This document shows, piece by piece, positions 39,090-48,885 of a stretch of 64,000 bases of DNA; within the stretch, counting starts at the first letter, position 1; every line of letters starts with the position of its first letter. The notes beneath the pieces are model-generated. The model ran no database searches. It was given only the letters and a program-made list of their open reading frames with translations, and was not told where the DNA came from. The position numbers and the translations under genes are program-made. The DNA is from Candidatus Thorarchaeota archaeon (GTDB taxonomy: Archaea; Asgardarchaeota; Thorarchaeia; Thorarchaeales; Thorarchaeaceae), in NCBI GenBank assembly GCA_019057475.1, contig DXJO01000014.1:17011-81010 (forward strand). The letters run 5' to 3'.

Positions 39090-39863
39090 TCAGGCTCCAG
39101 TAATCCTATCTATTGCCTTGACTGTTGCCAAGGTTTCTTTCTCAATGGCTTCTATCATCAGTGGTGATTGTTCTCCGCTCTTCTCTGACGAGTCCTTCTG
39201 CTCAGCCTTCTGGCCTCCATGTAAGTTGCCGTCGACTGCCAGTATTGATGCTGCGTTGAGCCCTCGAGTCTGGGCAAAGACGAAGAGCAGGGAACTCTCC
39301 ATCTCAACGCATTTCACCTTAGCCCTCGTCCAAATGTCCAGTTTGTTGCTTCCCTCATCGGCATAGTAGACATCAGTCGTCCAACAGACTCCACGATGTA
39401 CTCTATCGGGAGGTAAGAGAAGTGATATCTCGTCGAACAGAGCATTCTGCCAGACAGGAGTGGCGACTGCAGGGTATTCCACTGGCGCATAGTTGAGGCT
39501 TGTGCGCTCATCACGTATGCAACCCGTCGGAACAACCACATCCCCAATCGTGACCGGGTAGTCAATACCGCCACATGAGCCAATTCTGATGAACGACTCA
39601 ACCCCCAGATTTGCAAGCTCTTCGATGCAGATGGCAGTAGTCGGTGTCCCCATCCCAGTACCAGCAATCGTCACTGGTACGCCGCCGGGTGTGTAAGCGC
39701 GGTAGGTCACGAGCCCCCGATATCGCGCGACTTCTTCGCCGTCCTTCATCTTTGATGCAATTAATGGAACTCGGTCTGGATTTCCAGTGATTATTGCTAC
39801 CTTCTCAACATCGCCTTCGCCTACTCTCAAGTGTGGCTGAATTCTCTTCTTCAAGATGCTCAC
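39090..39863 (-). CDS. udp: Uridine/nucleoside phosphorylase
   Basis: GNPDRV, GMGTP, IRIGSCG and VEMES. Confidence 0.85.
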   Translation of the reverse strand: MSILKKRIQPHLRVGEGDVEKVAIITGNPDRVPLIASKMKDGEEVARYRGLVTYRAYTPGGVPVTIAGTGMGTPTTAICIEELANLGVESFIRIGSCGGIDYPVTIGDVVVPTGCIRDERTSLNYAPVEYPAVATPVWQNALFDEISLLLPPDRVHRGVCWTTDVYYADEGSNKLDIWTRAKVKCVEMESSLLFVFAQTRGLNAASILAVDGNLHGGQKAEQKDSSEKSGEQSPLMIEAIEKETLATVKAIDRITGA

Positions 39864-39983
39864 CTATCTGCACTCACTGTAAAACCTGCTTTTCACTCTT
39901 GGGCTTTGTGAATACAGAGGTCAGCAGCCCAATCGACATTTTATTGAACCTAGTTCGTCAATGCGAAGAGCGTCACGCAGTCT

Positions 39984-40388
39984 ATGCGCGGCAAAACTAC
40001 AGTCAAGGATGCGATTGCGATTACTGACTTCACATACTACTGCTATCGATGCGGCGGGAAGAACTCGCTCGATGTTGAGATCCCGAAAGCTCCCGATTAC
40101 CACCATCAAGAGATTACGTGCAGTTCCTGCGGTGATAGCACCCGTGTTCTCCTGGCTGGTTGCCCGGATTGCGAGAAATATGTATACTGGATCAATGACC
40201 TGAACATCCTCGGCCTTGTCAACGGCTTTGCAAAGTATATGGTTCATAACATGCAAGCCATGATTGATAGAGCGGCCCAACAGGGAGCTAGAATCTCTAT
40301 TGATACGCCAGAGAAGTATCCAGTCAATGCTACATGCCTGTGTGGAGCTAGATTTGCGGTTGAACTGGTAATACCGGATTTGGACTAA
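39984..40388 (+). CDS. Cys-rich zinc-finger protein
   Basis: CYRC, CSSC, CPDC and CLC. Confidence 0.75.
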   Translation: MRGKTTVKDAIAITDFTYYCYRCGGKNSLDVEIPKAPDYHHQEITCSSCGDSTRVLLAGCPDCEKYVYWINDLNILGLVNGFAKYMVHNMQAMIDRAAQQGARISIDTPEKYPVNATCLCGARFAVELVIPDLD

Positions 40389-40389
40389 C

Positions 40390-41664
40390 TTAGCAATAGT
40401 AGTATGCAATGAAACTGTCTCTCTTTGGGAATAGCGTTTCGACAAGCGATTTTATTTCTCTACTCACAATGAAGTCGATATTCTGAGTTCTAAGTTCTTC
40501 AGCGTCATAGTCGCCAAGAACCAACCTGACGAGATCGTTAGGCGGCGCCCTGAAGGTGTGGTACTCACCCACTTCCTGCATCCCAATGTCGTTGACAGTA
40601 GCAAGCTTGCCATTGACAAAGGACAATAGGTAACAGTGTTCGTACGTGTTAATCGCTAGCTCGCGTGTCATACCCTCAAACATTGTTCCGTTAAGGCGAC
40701 TCTCAAGAGCAGGACGAATCTGGCTAAGGAATCGAGCCATATTGGGAATGCGGATTTGGTATTTCCATCCAATGTCAACATGGCCTCCAAGGTCTTGAGC
40801 CACGCGACACAGGTTGTTAATTGCGGGACCCACAAAATCGATCCTACATATATTCTCCTCAGCTGCACGTCCCCTAAGGTATTGAAGCGTCCGTAACACA
40901 TCGTCGAATGTGGTGATGCTGTTTTCCATAACTGAAAGCCATAGACCTTGGGGATCTTGCTTCTTCGCTCCGCTGACACAGAGCCGGAAGTAGCCTACGA
41001 TTCTGCCCTCACGCTCAAGGACTATAGTCTTGAATTCTTGCTCAAACTCCCTGTGAAACCGCTCTTGAAGCTCCCAGAGGTTCTTAGTGCGTGCTGCGTG
41101 TACCAGCATCTTCTTGCTGTGCTCAGCGTACAGACGTATTAGGCTGGGAATATCGTCGTGGTGCGCTTCTCGGAAGACTATCGATTTGTCTGCTTCGTCC
41201 TTGGGAGCGGAAATTTGGTCACTCCTCAACTGCACCTTTCGACCCATCGGAAGTATGAAGTCGTATCCGAACTGCCTGTAATAATGGGGGATTCCGATTA
41301 TGGTGGATATGTGATACTCGCCACGCTGTAGTATCTCTTCGAAATGTGTGTAGAGAGCACTCGCAAGGCCCTTGTGTCGATATTCCTTCAATGTACCAAC
41401 CCAGCCAAGCTCAAGGTTGGTGAGTGGAATATTCTCATACATCCATACACATGGAATGGCACTCGCTGCTGAAACAATTATGTCATTGCCGAGATCACGG
41501 ATGTAGAAGTTCGACTCTCTATCAAGCTCCGGCAGATTGTCAATCTGACGTCTAATCTCCTCGGGATCATCATCCCCATGTACAACCGCATTGAACTTGA
41601 TTAGCTCCTCTAGATCAGCATCGCTCTTGATAACACCAAGCTCAAATCCATCAGGTAGTTCCAT
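40390..41664 (-). CDS. Eis-like multi-domain GNAT acetyltransferase
   Basis: VGTLKEYRHKGLA, GIPHYYRQFGY, a second GNAT domain and an SCP2-like tail. Confidence 0.85.
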   Translation of the reverse strand: MELPDGFELGVIKSDADLEELIKFNAVVHGDDDPEEIRRQIDNLPELDRESNFYIRDLGNDIIVSAASAIPCVWMYENIPLTNLELGWVGTLKEYRHKGLASALYTHFEEILQRGEYHISTIIGIPHYYRQFGYDFILPMGRKVQLRSDQISAPKDEADKSIVFREAHHDDIPSLIRLYAEHSKKMLVHAARTKNLWELQERFHREFEQEFKTIVLEREGRIVGYFRLCVSGAKKQDPQGLWLSVMENSITTFDDVLRTLQYLRGRAAEENICRIDFVGPAINNLCRVAQDLGGHVDIGWKYQIRIPNMARFLSQIRPALESRLNGTMFEGMTRELAINTYEHCYLLSFVNGKLATVNDIGMQEVGEYHTFRAPPNDLVRLVLGDYDAEELRTQNIDFIVSREIKSLVETLFPKRDSFIAYYYC

Positions 41665-42334
41665 CTTCTTTCACATTCCTCCCGTAATATTCACAGAGAT
41701 TGCTCAGTGGGCATTGACCACATCTAGGAGACCTTCTTAGACATGTCGTTGCCACGAGATCGATTATCCCCCAGTAAAGCCTCTTATCTTGTTTCTTGCC
41801 CCCGAAGCGTTCCATGAACTCCCAAGCCCGGGAGTCTGTAGCTCCTTTGAAGTTGCTTCCGAAGACTCTGTTGATCAGATGAACCACATTCCCGTCCACC
41901 ATTGGCTCTGGTTGTCCAAACGCAAAGCTGAGTACTGCAGCACCAACATATCGCCCAACCCCAGGCAATGATTCGAGTTCAGGCATGGAATCGGGAACAG
42001 AACCAGCGCTCTTCTTTGCCAGATACTTAGCTGTTTCATGGATATGCTTTGCTCGAATCGACTGCAGACCGAGTGTGTTCAAATGACGCCTAATCGTGCT
42101 CTCTCGAGCCTTGCTCAGCTTCGTAGGATTATCGAATTGCTTTATGAACTTGGGATAAACTCGCAAGACTGCAGAGGCAGTTGTTCGCCTCAGCAACATT
42201 TCTGCAATGAGAACACGATAAGGGTCCGTGGTTTCACGCCAAGGAAAGCTCCGACCCTCCTTGTCAAACCACTCTATCAGCGCGTTCCGAACCAATGTGA
42301 TATTCCCTGCGTCAGACAGGAAGCTGTGTTTCAT
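41651..42334 (-). CDS. HhH-GPD DNA glycosylase, Mig/MutY-like
   Basis: FPWR, EMLLRRTTA (Mig-like), LPGVGRY, VDGN and a Cx6Cx2Cx5C FeS motif. Confidence 0.88.
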   Translation of the reverse strand: MKHSFLSDAGNITLVRNALIEWFDKEGRSFPWRETTDPYRVLIAEMLLRRTTASAVLRVYPKFIKQFDNPTKLSKARESTIRRHLNTLGLQSIRAKHIHETAKYLAKKSAGSVPDSMPELESLPGVGRYVGAAVLSFAFGQPEPMVDGNVVHLINRVFGSNFKGATDSRAWEFMERFGGKKQDKRLYWGIIDLVATTCLRRSPRCGQCPLSNLCEYYGRNVKEDGTT

Positions 42335-42343
42335 GACACATCC

Positions 42344-42904
42344 TCATTCTAATTTGACCAGCTCCGAAACTCCTGCTGCGATGTCTGTGGGTGAGCCCAA
42401 CAGTGTTACTCCCTTCATCTCTCGGAGCCGCGCAACATTCTCAAGATCGATTCTTCTGGTCGTTATGACGAACACCTCATTATTGGGTCCCATTGTCTTC
42501 ACCTCGCCTTGGTGCTGGTCCACAGGCATCAATAGCACAGGTGTAGTTCCCTTGAGGGTCTGAGCTACTGCATTGGTAATGAGTGTGTCAGCAATTCCAT
42601 GGGCAATCTTGGCTGTGGAGTTAGCAGTGAGCGGTGCGACAACCAGAAGATCATACTTGCCAATCTGAAGCGGTCCAACTATGAATGGCACGTTTGCGTT
42701 TGTTTCCACGAGAACATTATCGAAAGATTCGTTTAGCCTGTCCCAGAGCTTGTACAGGCGTAGTACTTGCTCTCCTGCTTTCGATACGATGACCTTGATT
42801 CGAATGTCTGTCTTCTGGTGAAGATTAAGCATCGCATCATACACTTCGTCAATCTTGTCACCAGAACCGGTGATTCCCCAGACAATCTTCGCCAAGTCAA
42901 TCAA
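42344..42904 (-). CDS. Archaeoflavoprotein AfpA-like flavoprotein
   Basis: WGITGSG, PLTANSTAKIAHGIADTLITNAVAQ and PVD. Confidence 0.85.
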   Translation of the reverse strand: MIDLAKIVWGITGSGDKIDEVYDAMLNLHQKTDIRIKVIVSKAGEQVLRLYKLWDRLNESFDNVLVETNANVPFIVGPLQIGKYDLLVVAPLTANSTAKIAHGIADTLITNAVAQTLKGTTPVLLMPVDQHQGEVKTMGPNNEVFVITTRRIDLENVARLREMKGVTLLGSPTDIAAGVSELVKLE

Positions 42905-43018
42905 CTGAATCTACAGTCAATGGCACAAATATGTAGCTCTACGGCTAGGACACCAGAGGGAAGGATTGATTTCCTGCAGAATCATTCGGTCGGATGCATC
43001 TGCTTTGGTGAGATATCT

Positions 43019-44011
43019 ATGTACAGGGCGAGTGTAGGCCTGACGACCAACATGAAGGCGTCTGCCACTGGTTGGGTTGCGAGAAATGCCGGGGAACTGG
43101 GAGTCGATGGTATATGGATTGGAGAGGATATAGGCCTTGGCCAGGAGCCCTTCGTTCTTGCAGCTGCCACTCTGCTTCAGTCAAAGGGAATTAGAGTGGG
43201 CACGGGAATTATCCCCATTGCTGTTCATAACATCGCAACGCTTGCCAGAGCTGCAGTCACCTTACAGGAGATTGGAGAGGGGAGATTCATTTTTGGTGCG
43301 GGCATAGGAGGGATACAAGACCTTCAGCGAATGAATGTCAAGATTAGAAGACCTGTAACGGCACTCAGGGAAGGGGTTGACGTACTGAGGAGATTATGGC
43401 AAGCCGAAAGCGTTACCCGGAACACAGAGGTTCTCCAGCTTCAGGACTACAGCCTTCGTCTGAAGAAGCCAATTGAGATACCTGTTTTCTTGGGAGTGCG
43501 CGGACCACAGATGCTCAAGCTGGCTGGCAGGATTGCTAATGGAGTGATACTGTCTGGACCCTTTGATTATCTCAGGTATGCTATCGAGGTCATAGACAAT
43601 GCATCATCTGGAGCGGGCAGGAAACGAGATGACGTTGAGAAGGTTGTCTGGCTCCCCACAATTCCGACGTTCAAGGGTATGAAAGAGAAACTCGCAAAGA
43701 AAGTGGTGGCCATAGTAGTTGCGGATATGCCACCGCCTATCCTTGATATGCTGCAACTGAATAGAGAGAAACTGGAGAGAATCCAAGCAGAAGTTGCGGC
43801 AAACGGCCCTAAGGCAGCCATACCCCTAATCGACCAAGAGATAATAGACATGTTTGCCATCAGCGGAAACAAGGAACACATGGTGGACCTCTTTGATCAA
43901 CTAGGTGGAATGGGAGCCACCGAGGTTGTACTAGGACCGCCCTTCTCTGGTGAATGGAGAGAAGCCATGTCAGAGATCTTTGAGGAGATAGCGTTGAGGA
44001 GGGGTGCGTGA
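43019..44011 (+). CDS. LLM-class (Mer-like, probably F420-dependent) oxidoreductase
   Basis: GIWIGE, VGTGI, GRFIFGAG and GVRGPQMLKLAG. Confidence 0.85.
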   Translation: MYRASVGLTTNMKASATGWVARNAGELGVDGIWIGEDIGLGQEPFVLAAATLLQSKGIRVGTGIIPIAVHNIATLARAAVTLQEIGEGRFIFGAGIGGIQDLQRMNVKIRRPVTALREGVDVLRRLWQAESVTRNTEVLQLQDYSLRLKKPIEIPVFLGVRGPQMLKLAGRIANGVILSGPFDYLRYAIEVIDNASSGAGRKRDDVEKVVWLPTIPTFKGMKEKLAKKVVAIVVADMPPPILDMLQLNREKLERIQAEVAANGPKAAIPLIDQEIIDMFAISGNKEHMVDLFDQLGGMGATEVVLGPPFSGEWREAMSEIFEEIALRRGA

Positions 44012-44937
44012 TGCACTGGGGTCTCGCGGTCAATGTCTACGATACTGTTCAGAGAATAGTAGAGAAATGTGTCATCGCAGACCAAGGAGGCATCGACTGG
44101 CTCTGGGTCACTGACTTTCCTGCAGTCAGGCATGCACCCTCTCTCGCAGCAGTAGTCGCAGAGAATGTGAAGAGAAGCCGCATTGGTGTGGGACTTGTTA
44201 GTCCTCTGTTGTACGGGCCAGAGCAAATTGTACAGTTCATGTCAACGCTCATTGACAACTACGGAGAACGGTTTGACTTGCTGATTGGGCCAGGTGATAG
44301 AACTCAACTCAGCAGAATAGGGGTCAAATATGGGAATATATCCACGCTAGTGACGAGGCTTGTCAGCGATGTGACCAAGATAAGAGATGAACTTGATGAG
44401 AGGGGGTATGATGGCGTGCGTGTTTGGCTTGGAGCACAGGGGCCGAAGATGATAGCAGCCTCCATCAAAGCGGATGGCGTGTTACTCAACTATACGGATC
44501 CAGAGATGCTGAGATGGGCATTAACCGTTCTTGGCGACATTCCAAAAGGGTTTCAGATCGGAGCCTTTCCGCCTGCGTTTATCGCAGTGAACCCGGACTG
44601 CGGTAAAGAGTCTGGACTGCGCAAATCCGCGGCCACTGTTGCAATGGGATTGGGTCGATCAGTTTCGTTGGAGTTCGGACTGATGGACACACTCTCTGCG
44701 GCTAGAAGCTCTCTGCGACAGAAAAAAAGCGTAGATCGGGATGTAGTTGATGCCATTGATGAGGCAACATTGAAACGATTTGCTCTCTGCACGACCCCAG
44801 AGGGGGCTTGTGACTATGTCAAAACCCTTGAGAGAATGGGGTTGGACATGGTCACCTTCGGACCGCCACAAGGAACTAGCCGCAAGCTAGTCAAGAACTT
44901 GGTTAAGACCAGAGAGCACTGGAACAATACTGCTTAG
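44008..44937 (+). CDS. LLM-class (Mer-like) oxidoreductase, second copy
   Basis: LWVTD, IGPGD and GAQGPKM...ADGVLLN. Confidence 0.85.
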   Translation: MMHWGLAVNVYDTVQRIVEKCVIADQGGIDWLWVTDFPAVRHAPSLAAVVAENVKRSRIGVGLVSPLLYGPEQIVQFMSTLIDNYGERFDLLIGPGDRTQLSRIGVKYGNISTLVTRLVSDVTKIRDELDERGYDGVRVWLGAQGPKMIAASIKADGVLLNYTDPEMLRWALTVLGDIPKGFQIGAFPPAFIAVNPDCGKESGLRKSAATVAMGLGRSVSLEFGLMDTLSAARSSLRQKKSVDRDVVDAIDEATLKRFALCTTPEGACDYVKTLERMGLDMVTFGPPQGTSRKLVKNLVKTREHWNNTA

Positions 44938-44965
44938 ATCATCAGCCAAACTGCTAGCCAAGTGG

Positions 44966-46465
44966 TCAGTAGAGAGGCTCCGTATTGTCATCAAGCAGAT
45001 AGGCGCCAAGGTCAAGTTCTCTTGGAGGAACAGACCACTGATTCCTCCTGTGGTCCCAATAGTTTACCAGTTCATGCATGGCTCTTGTGCCCTTCTGAAC
45101 GATCGTCATGATGGATTGTACTGAATTCACACCGGGTTCTTTCTCCAACGATCGAAATGCCTGGTAGTAGTCAACTTGCTGCTGACTGGGAACTTGAATC
45201 CAAACAAGTATTCCCTTGTTCGAAGTGTAGTGCATGACATTAGGGAGTGCCGGGAGAACGGATAGAATGCGTTTCTTCCACTCGTCATTGCACAAGATTT
45301 CAAAACAGAAGTTCGCAGACAAGCCCAGACCACCAAAGGTCATGAAAGGCAGCGCCACGTCTTTCGCATAGAATTTATGAATAAATTGAGAAACGCGTCT
45401 TGTATCAATGTCCCAACCTCTCATCCTCAGTCCTTGGGCCATGCTGCTTGGAGGTACACGTGCGCCCTTCCTGTATTCGTATGCCACCAGAAAATCCTCA
45501 TATGTGAAACCCTTGCGAGGACCACCGCACTCTAGGTGTCGTATGGAACTCTCATCCTGCGGAAAACGACCGTCTTCGAACGCAGCTTTTACGTCACTTG
45601 GGAACCCCCATACTCCGTTCTCATATAGAGAGAGGTTGAAGTGAGAACCCATTCCCTCTTGGATGTGTAGTTGCATATGGTCGAAGACAGTATCCCTCAG
45701 AGTCGCCACACTAGCACGAAACGCGGCTATGTTGCGATTGCCTCCAGGTATCAAGAAGGTGGCATACCCCATATCGGTCATTGTTGTCTTCACTAGACCA
45801 TTTGTGAATGGAAAGGTGGCTAGGGCATTCTCAAACTGAAGCCAATCAGCATCTTGGACAACACTGAAGAAGAGAATGGCAGATTGTACATCGAAAGCAC
45901 TTGTATCCAGATGGCAGCTAAATCTCACAGCAAACTTCTCACCTAGGCGCTTCAGGGATCGAGCGACTGTTCTGGAGGATAGGCCCAGATTCTCACCACT
46001 TGTCACAAGAGTTTCGAGCGGATGCTTTGAGAAGTATCGAAGAACACTGAGATCAGTGGGGTTGATTGGAACATCTTGAATAAGGAAAGCGAAGCTGAGG
46101 GCTGACTTTACTGCATCAGTCGTGACCAAGTTGTACTTACCAAGAGTCTTGATGTTCTCTAGCAGTCGCTGTTTGTATTCCTCATTGATTGGTAGAAGTG
46201 TGGGATCGATTGGGTTCTTTGTGTACTCGGGATGCGCCCTCAGTTCTCTTGCGGCAAGCGAAACATCGTCCAAGGACGTAGTGCCTGAACAAAGTCCAAA
46301 GTATACCCTGATTACGTCCAAATAGAACGTGGTTGCAGACTCGTCAGTTAACGGAATTACATCGTCATAAGGCGTGGTGATACGGCGGATGTTCTGCCTT
46401 GAATCCACATCTCTGGATGTCTTCTCTGCTCTGGAACGAAATTCCTTCAATCTCTTCAACGCCAT
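44966..46465 (-). CDS. Large regulator with wHTH and Lrp/AsnC-like domains
   Basis: LGLSSRTVARSLKRL HTH followed by a ferredoxin-like fold pattern, repeated once. Confidence 0.6.
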   Translation of the reverse strand: MALKRLKEFRSRAEKTSRDVDSRQNIRRITTPYDDVIPLTDESATTFYLDVIRVYFGLCSGTTSLDDVSLAARELRAHPEYTKNPIDPTLLPINEEYKQRLLENIKTLGKYNLVTTDAVKSALSFAFLIQDVPINPTDLSVLRYFSKHPLETLVTSGENLGLSSRTVARSLKRLGEKFAVRFSCHLDTSAFDVQSAILFFSVVQDADWLQFENALATFPFTNGLVKTTMTDMGYATFLIPGGNRNIAAFRASVATLRDTVFDHMQLHIQEGMGSHFNLSLYENGVWGFPSDVKAAFEDGRFPQDESSIRHLECGGPRKGFTYEDFLVAYEYRKGARVPPSSMAQGLRMRGWDIDTRRVSQFIHKFYAKDVALPFMTFGGLGLSANFCFEILCNDEWKKRILSVLPALPNVMHYTSNKGILVWIQVPSQQQVDYYQAFRSLEKEPGVNSVQSIMTIVQKGTRAMHELVNYWDHRRNQWSVPPRELDLGAYLLDDNTEPLY

Positions 46466-46494
46466 GACGATTTGTTTGCAGGTGAAATGTGTAG

Positions 46495-47550
46495 CTATTT
46501 GAAACTTGATAACATGCTCTCCAAGTCCTTTCTACTCTTTGAGGGTTCTGTTATGAAGGTGCATATGTCAGCCGTTCTACTCGCAAGATTAGAGAGAGAA
46601 GTTGACAAGGAGAACCAGTCTGCTGACTGGGGAAGCATCATATCTAAGACCGTGACGTTGGAACCTGACACGACGTGCACCTTCGGGAGAGTGCTGGCCT
46701 GGGCAAGCAGAAGTCGCGACATGGTTGAGTCAGAAGAGGGTTCATGCAGACAGATGACAACTCTCTGCGTCAAACCTACATCCTCCAAACTTAGATAGGG
46801 GAGAGCAATCTCTGCGCGGAGCTGCAAAAGCTTCCGGCGAAGTGTGCGGCCAGATGATATCTTAGCAGCTCCAATACGTTTCATTCTCTGAGCCAATAGA
46901 ACGGAGGTCGCATAGTAATTTTGCTCGAGTGACCATGCGATTATGATTTCCTCGAGTGTGCCATAGCCATCCTGTGTTTGCGCCTTGCCCACAGTAGCAG
47001 GCAGAACATCTGCATACCCCTTAGCTGCACCAAGAGATGTTTCAAACTGAAAGCCCACATCGAAATGCCAAGTTTGACCATCGAAGAGACCCAAGTTCAT
47101 GTGATTGGCAATATGTGTCGCTTTCTCATGGACGACTGGCAAACTGTACGGCCGCTTCCTGAAGCGATCGAGTTGACTACAGAACCACGAGTATTGTTTT
47201 TCTGAGGGGAGTAGTGCCTCGAAGTAGATTCTAGTATCTAGTGTTGAAGACATCGTTGATTCTAGGACTATGGAAACATGAGGGTTTGTGGAGAGCCAAC
47301 GAATGAATCCATCAACCAGATCCGACGCTTCGGATGCTCGGGCCCAGCCAAATACAAGATGCATGCCTATTCGGCCGTAATCAAGCGTTCCTCTGATCTT
47401 GAAGCCACGCTCAGATTCAAGCCTGCGCCAGAGTTGATTGATAGCTGACCTCGTAACGCCGAGCTCCTCTGCGAGTGCGGCCTGTCGTAGCGATGGATTC
47501 AGGGCTAATCGACTCAGCACTCTTAGCTCTGCGAGTTTCAATGGCTGCAT
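46495..47550 (-). CDS. wHTH/Lrp-like transcriptional regulator
   Basis: [23 protein letters not shown]; GGAGGTGA SD before ATG 47550. Confidence 0.7.
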   Translation of the reverse strand: MQPLKLAELRVLSRLALNPSLRQAALAEELGVTRSAINQLWRRLESERGFKIRGTLDYGRIGMHLVFGWARASEASDLVDGFIRWLSTNPHVSIVLESTMSSTLDTRIYFEALLPSEKQYSWFCSQLDRFRKRPYSLPVVHEKATHIANHMNLGLFDGQTWHFDVGFQFETSLGAAKGYADVLPATVGKAQTQDGYGTLEEIIIAWSLEQNYYATSVLLAQRMKRIGAAKISSGRTLRRKLLQLRAEIALPYLSLEDVGLTQRVVICLHEPSSDSTMSRLLLAQASTLPKVHVVSGSNVTVLDMMLPQSADWFSLSTSLSNLASRTADICTFITEPSKSRKDLESMLSSFK

Positions 47551-47923
47551 ACAATTCACCTCCGTTGGAGTTTTGTACCCTTGGCCAGATGTTAAGTAAA
47601 ATGATTCTCAAGAGTCTTGTTTTCGAGGAAGTACTTAAGCATTAGTACCTGCGATTTCTACTGGCACGTAGTTCCCGCTTCTAGGCCCTCTGCTATGCAT
47701 TTTTTCATGACTGTGTGATTAAGGATGTATATTATGTGCAGATTGGTAGTGCCACATGCTGAAATCACGTTGTAGAAGGCGTCCTAATGGAAGAAAAAAT
47801 AGGCGAATGGATTTATCAGGAAGTTCCGCTCCTATTCTTTCACCTAGAGATAGGTATGTCACACTACAATGTGACCATACTTGCAACCAGCAAACGGAGG
47901 TGAAAACGATCAGCGCGAACCGT

Positions 47924-48046
47924 ATGAGAACAATCTATGAGAGCATGACTGAGAACCGTGCAACTCTGAAGTTGTTGTCGATTGGCATCGTGCAAGGCAT
48001 TTCGACCGTAGTCCAGCCGCCGTGTGAAGATCCTAGCCCGTTCTAG
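47924..48046 (+). CDS. Putative 40-aa peptide (hydrophobic core, C-terminal QPPCEDPSPF)
   Basis: In-frame ORF downstream of GGAGGTGA at 47896; the SD-ATG spacing is long, so the start is uncertain. Confidence 0.45.
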   Translation: MRTIYESMTENRATLKLLSIGIVQGISTVVQPPCEDPSPF

Positions 48047-48172
48047 ACTGCTTGCTGCAGTTAACTAGAACCTACATCTTCAAGGCGGTTTGAACAGACA
48101 GTCGATATGCTAGCTTGCTGGTTGTCGCATGGGGACTCGATATTTCGAGTTATCAACGGAGGAGAGAAAAAA

Positions 48173-48214
48173 ATGACACCCCAACAAGGAAACCCCTGTC
48201 CTGAGCCATGGTAA
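48173..48214 (+). CDS. Putative 13-aa micropeptide MTPQQGNPCPEPW
   Basis: aacGGAGGagagaaaaaaATG leader and a tail similar to the 40-aa peptide. Confidence 0.35.
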   Translation: MTPQQGNPCPEPW

Positions 48215-48261
48215 AACGTGAAAATGCAGAACGTCTGCATACAAGAAACGGAGGAAAACAA

Positions 48262-48513
48262 ATGATAAGGACACAAAGCATCGAACCGGTCTACGGAGGC
48301 GACATGTCTGACCAGGGACGAGAGGTTGATCCCTTTACTGATCCCGAAGTTGTCAGACTGCTTGCGCTGAACCTTGAACTAGCGATAAAGAACCTGGTAG
48401 GCTCAAAAGCTGCGCCAGAATGCCTTGTCCTCACAGCGGATATATGCACCCACAGATTGATGGCCATGCCAACAGCAGATGGCGACGTCAAGGTGCTGGT
48501 ATTCGAATTGTGA
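48262..48513 (+). CDS. Small hypothetical protein (83 aa)
   Basis: aacGGAGGaaaacaaATG leader; hairpin at 48541-48564 downstream. Confidence 0.6.
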   Translation: MIRTQSIEPVYGGDMSDQGREVDPFTDPEVVRLLALNLELAIKNLVGSKAAPECLVLTADICTHRLMAMPTADGDVKVLVFEL

Positions 48514-48885
48514 TGGATATTCAACCACGCTAGCAGAGATCTTCAGGGGTGTACACCCCGGAAGTTCCTGGTTTGGAGAGCAAGATGAAAGTCGAGAAGG
48601 AATCTGACTTGGAAGGTCAGCAATAAAAAAGACCGTTATTATATCTGAGATTATATACTGCTCCGAGACTGTTTTTTAGTAGGCCAATATAATGTATAAT
48701 CGCTTTATTCGCACAATAGAAGTTGATGCTCTTCGGAGCGCCGTGAAAAATGGGAAAGCGCTCAGCTTCTGATAGAACACTGTTCCACTAAGGCCATGGC
48801 GATAGCAAGAATCTAAATCTAGCTAGGTAGCCAACAATCTACATACGAATCGCCAAATAAACAAAAGGCTAGGAGAAATACGGAA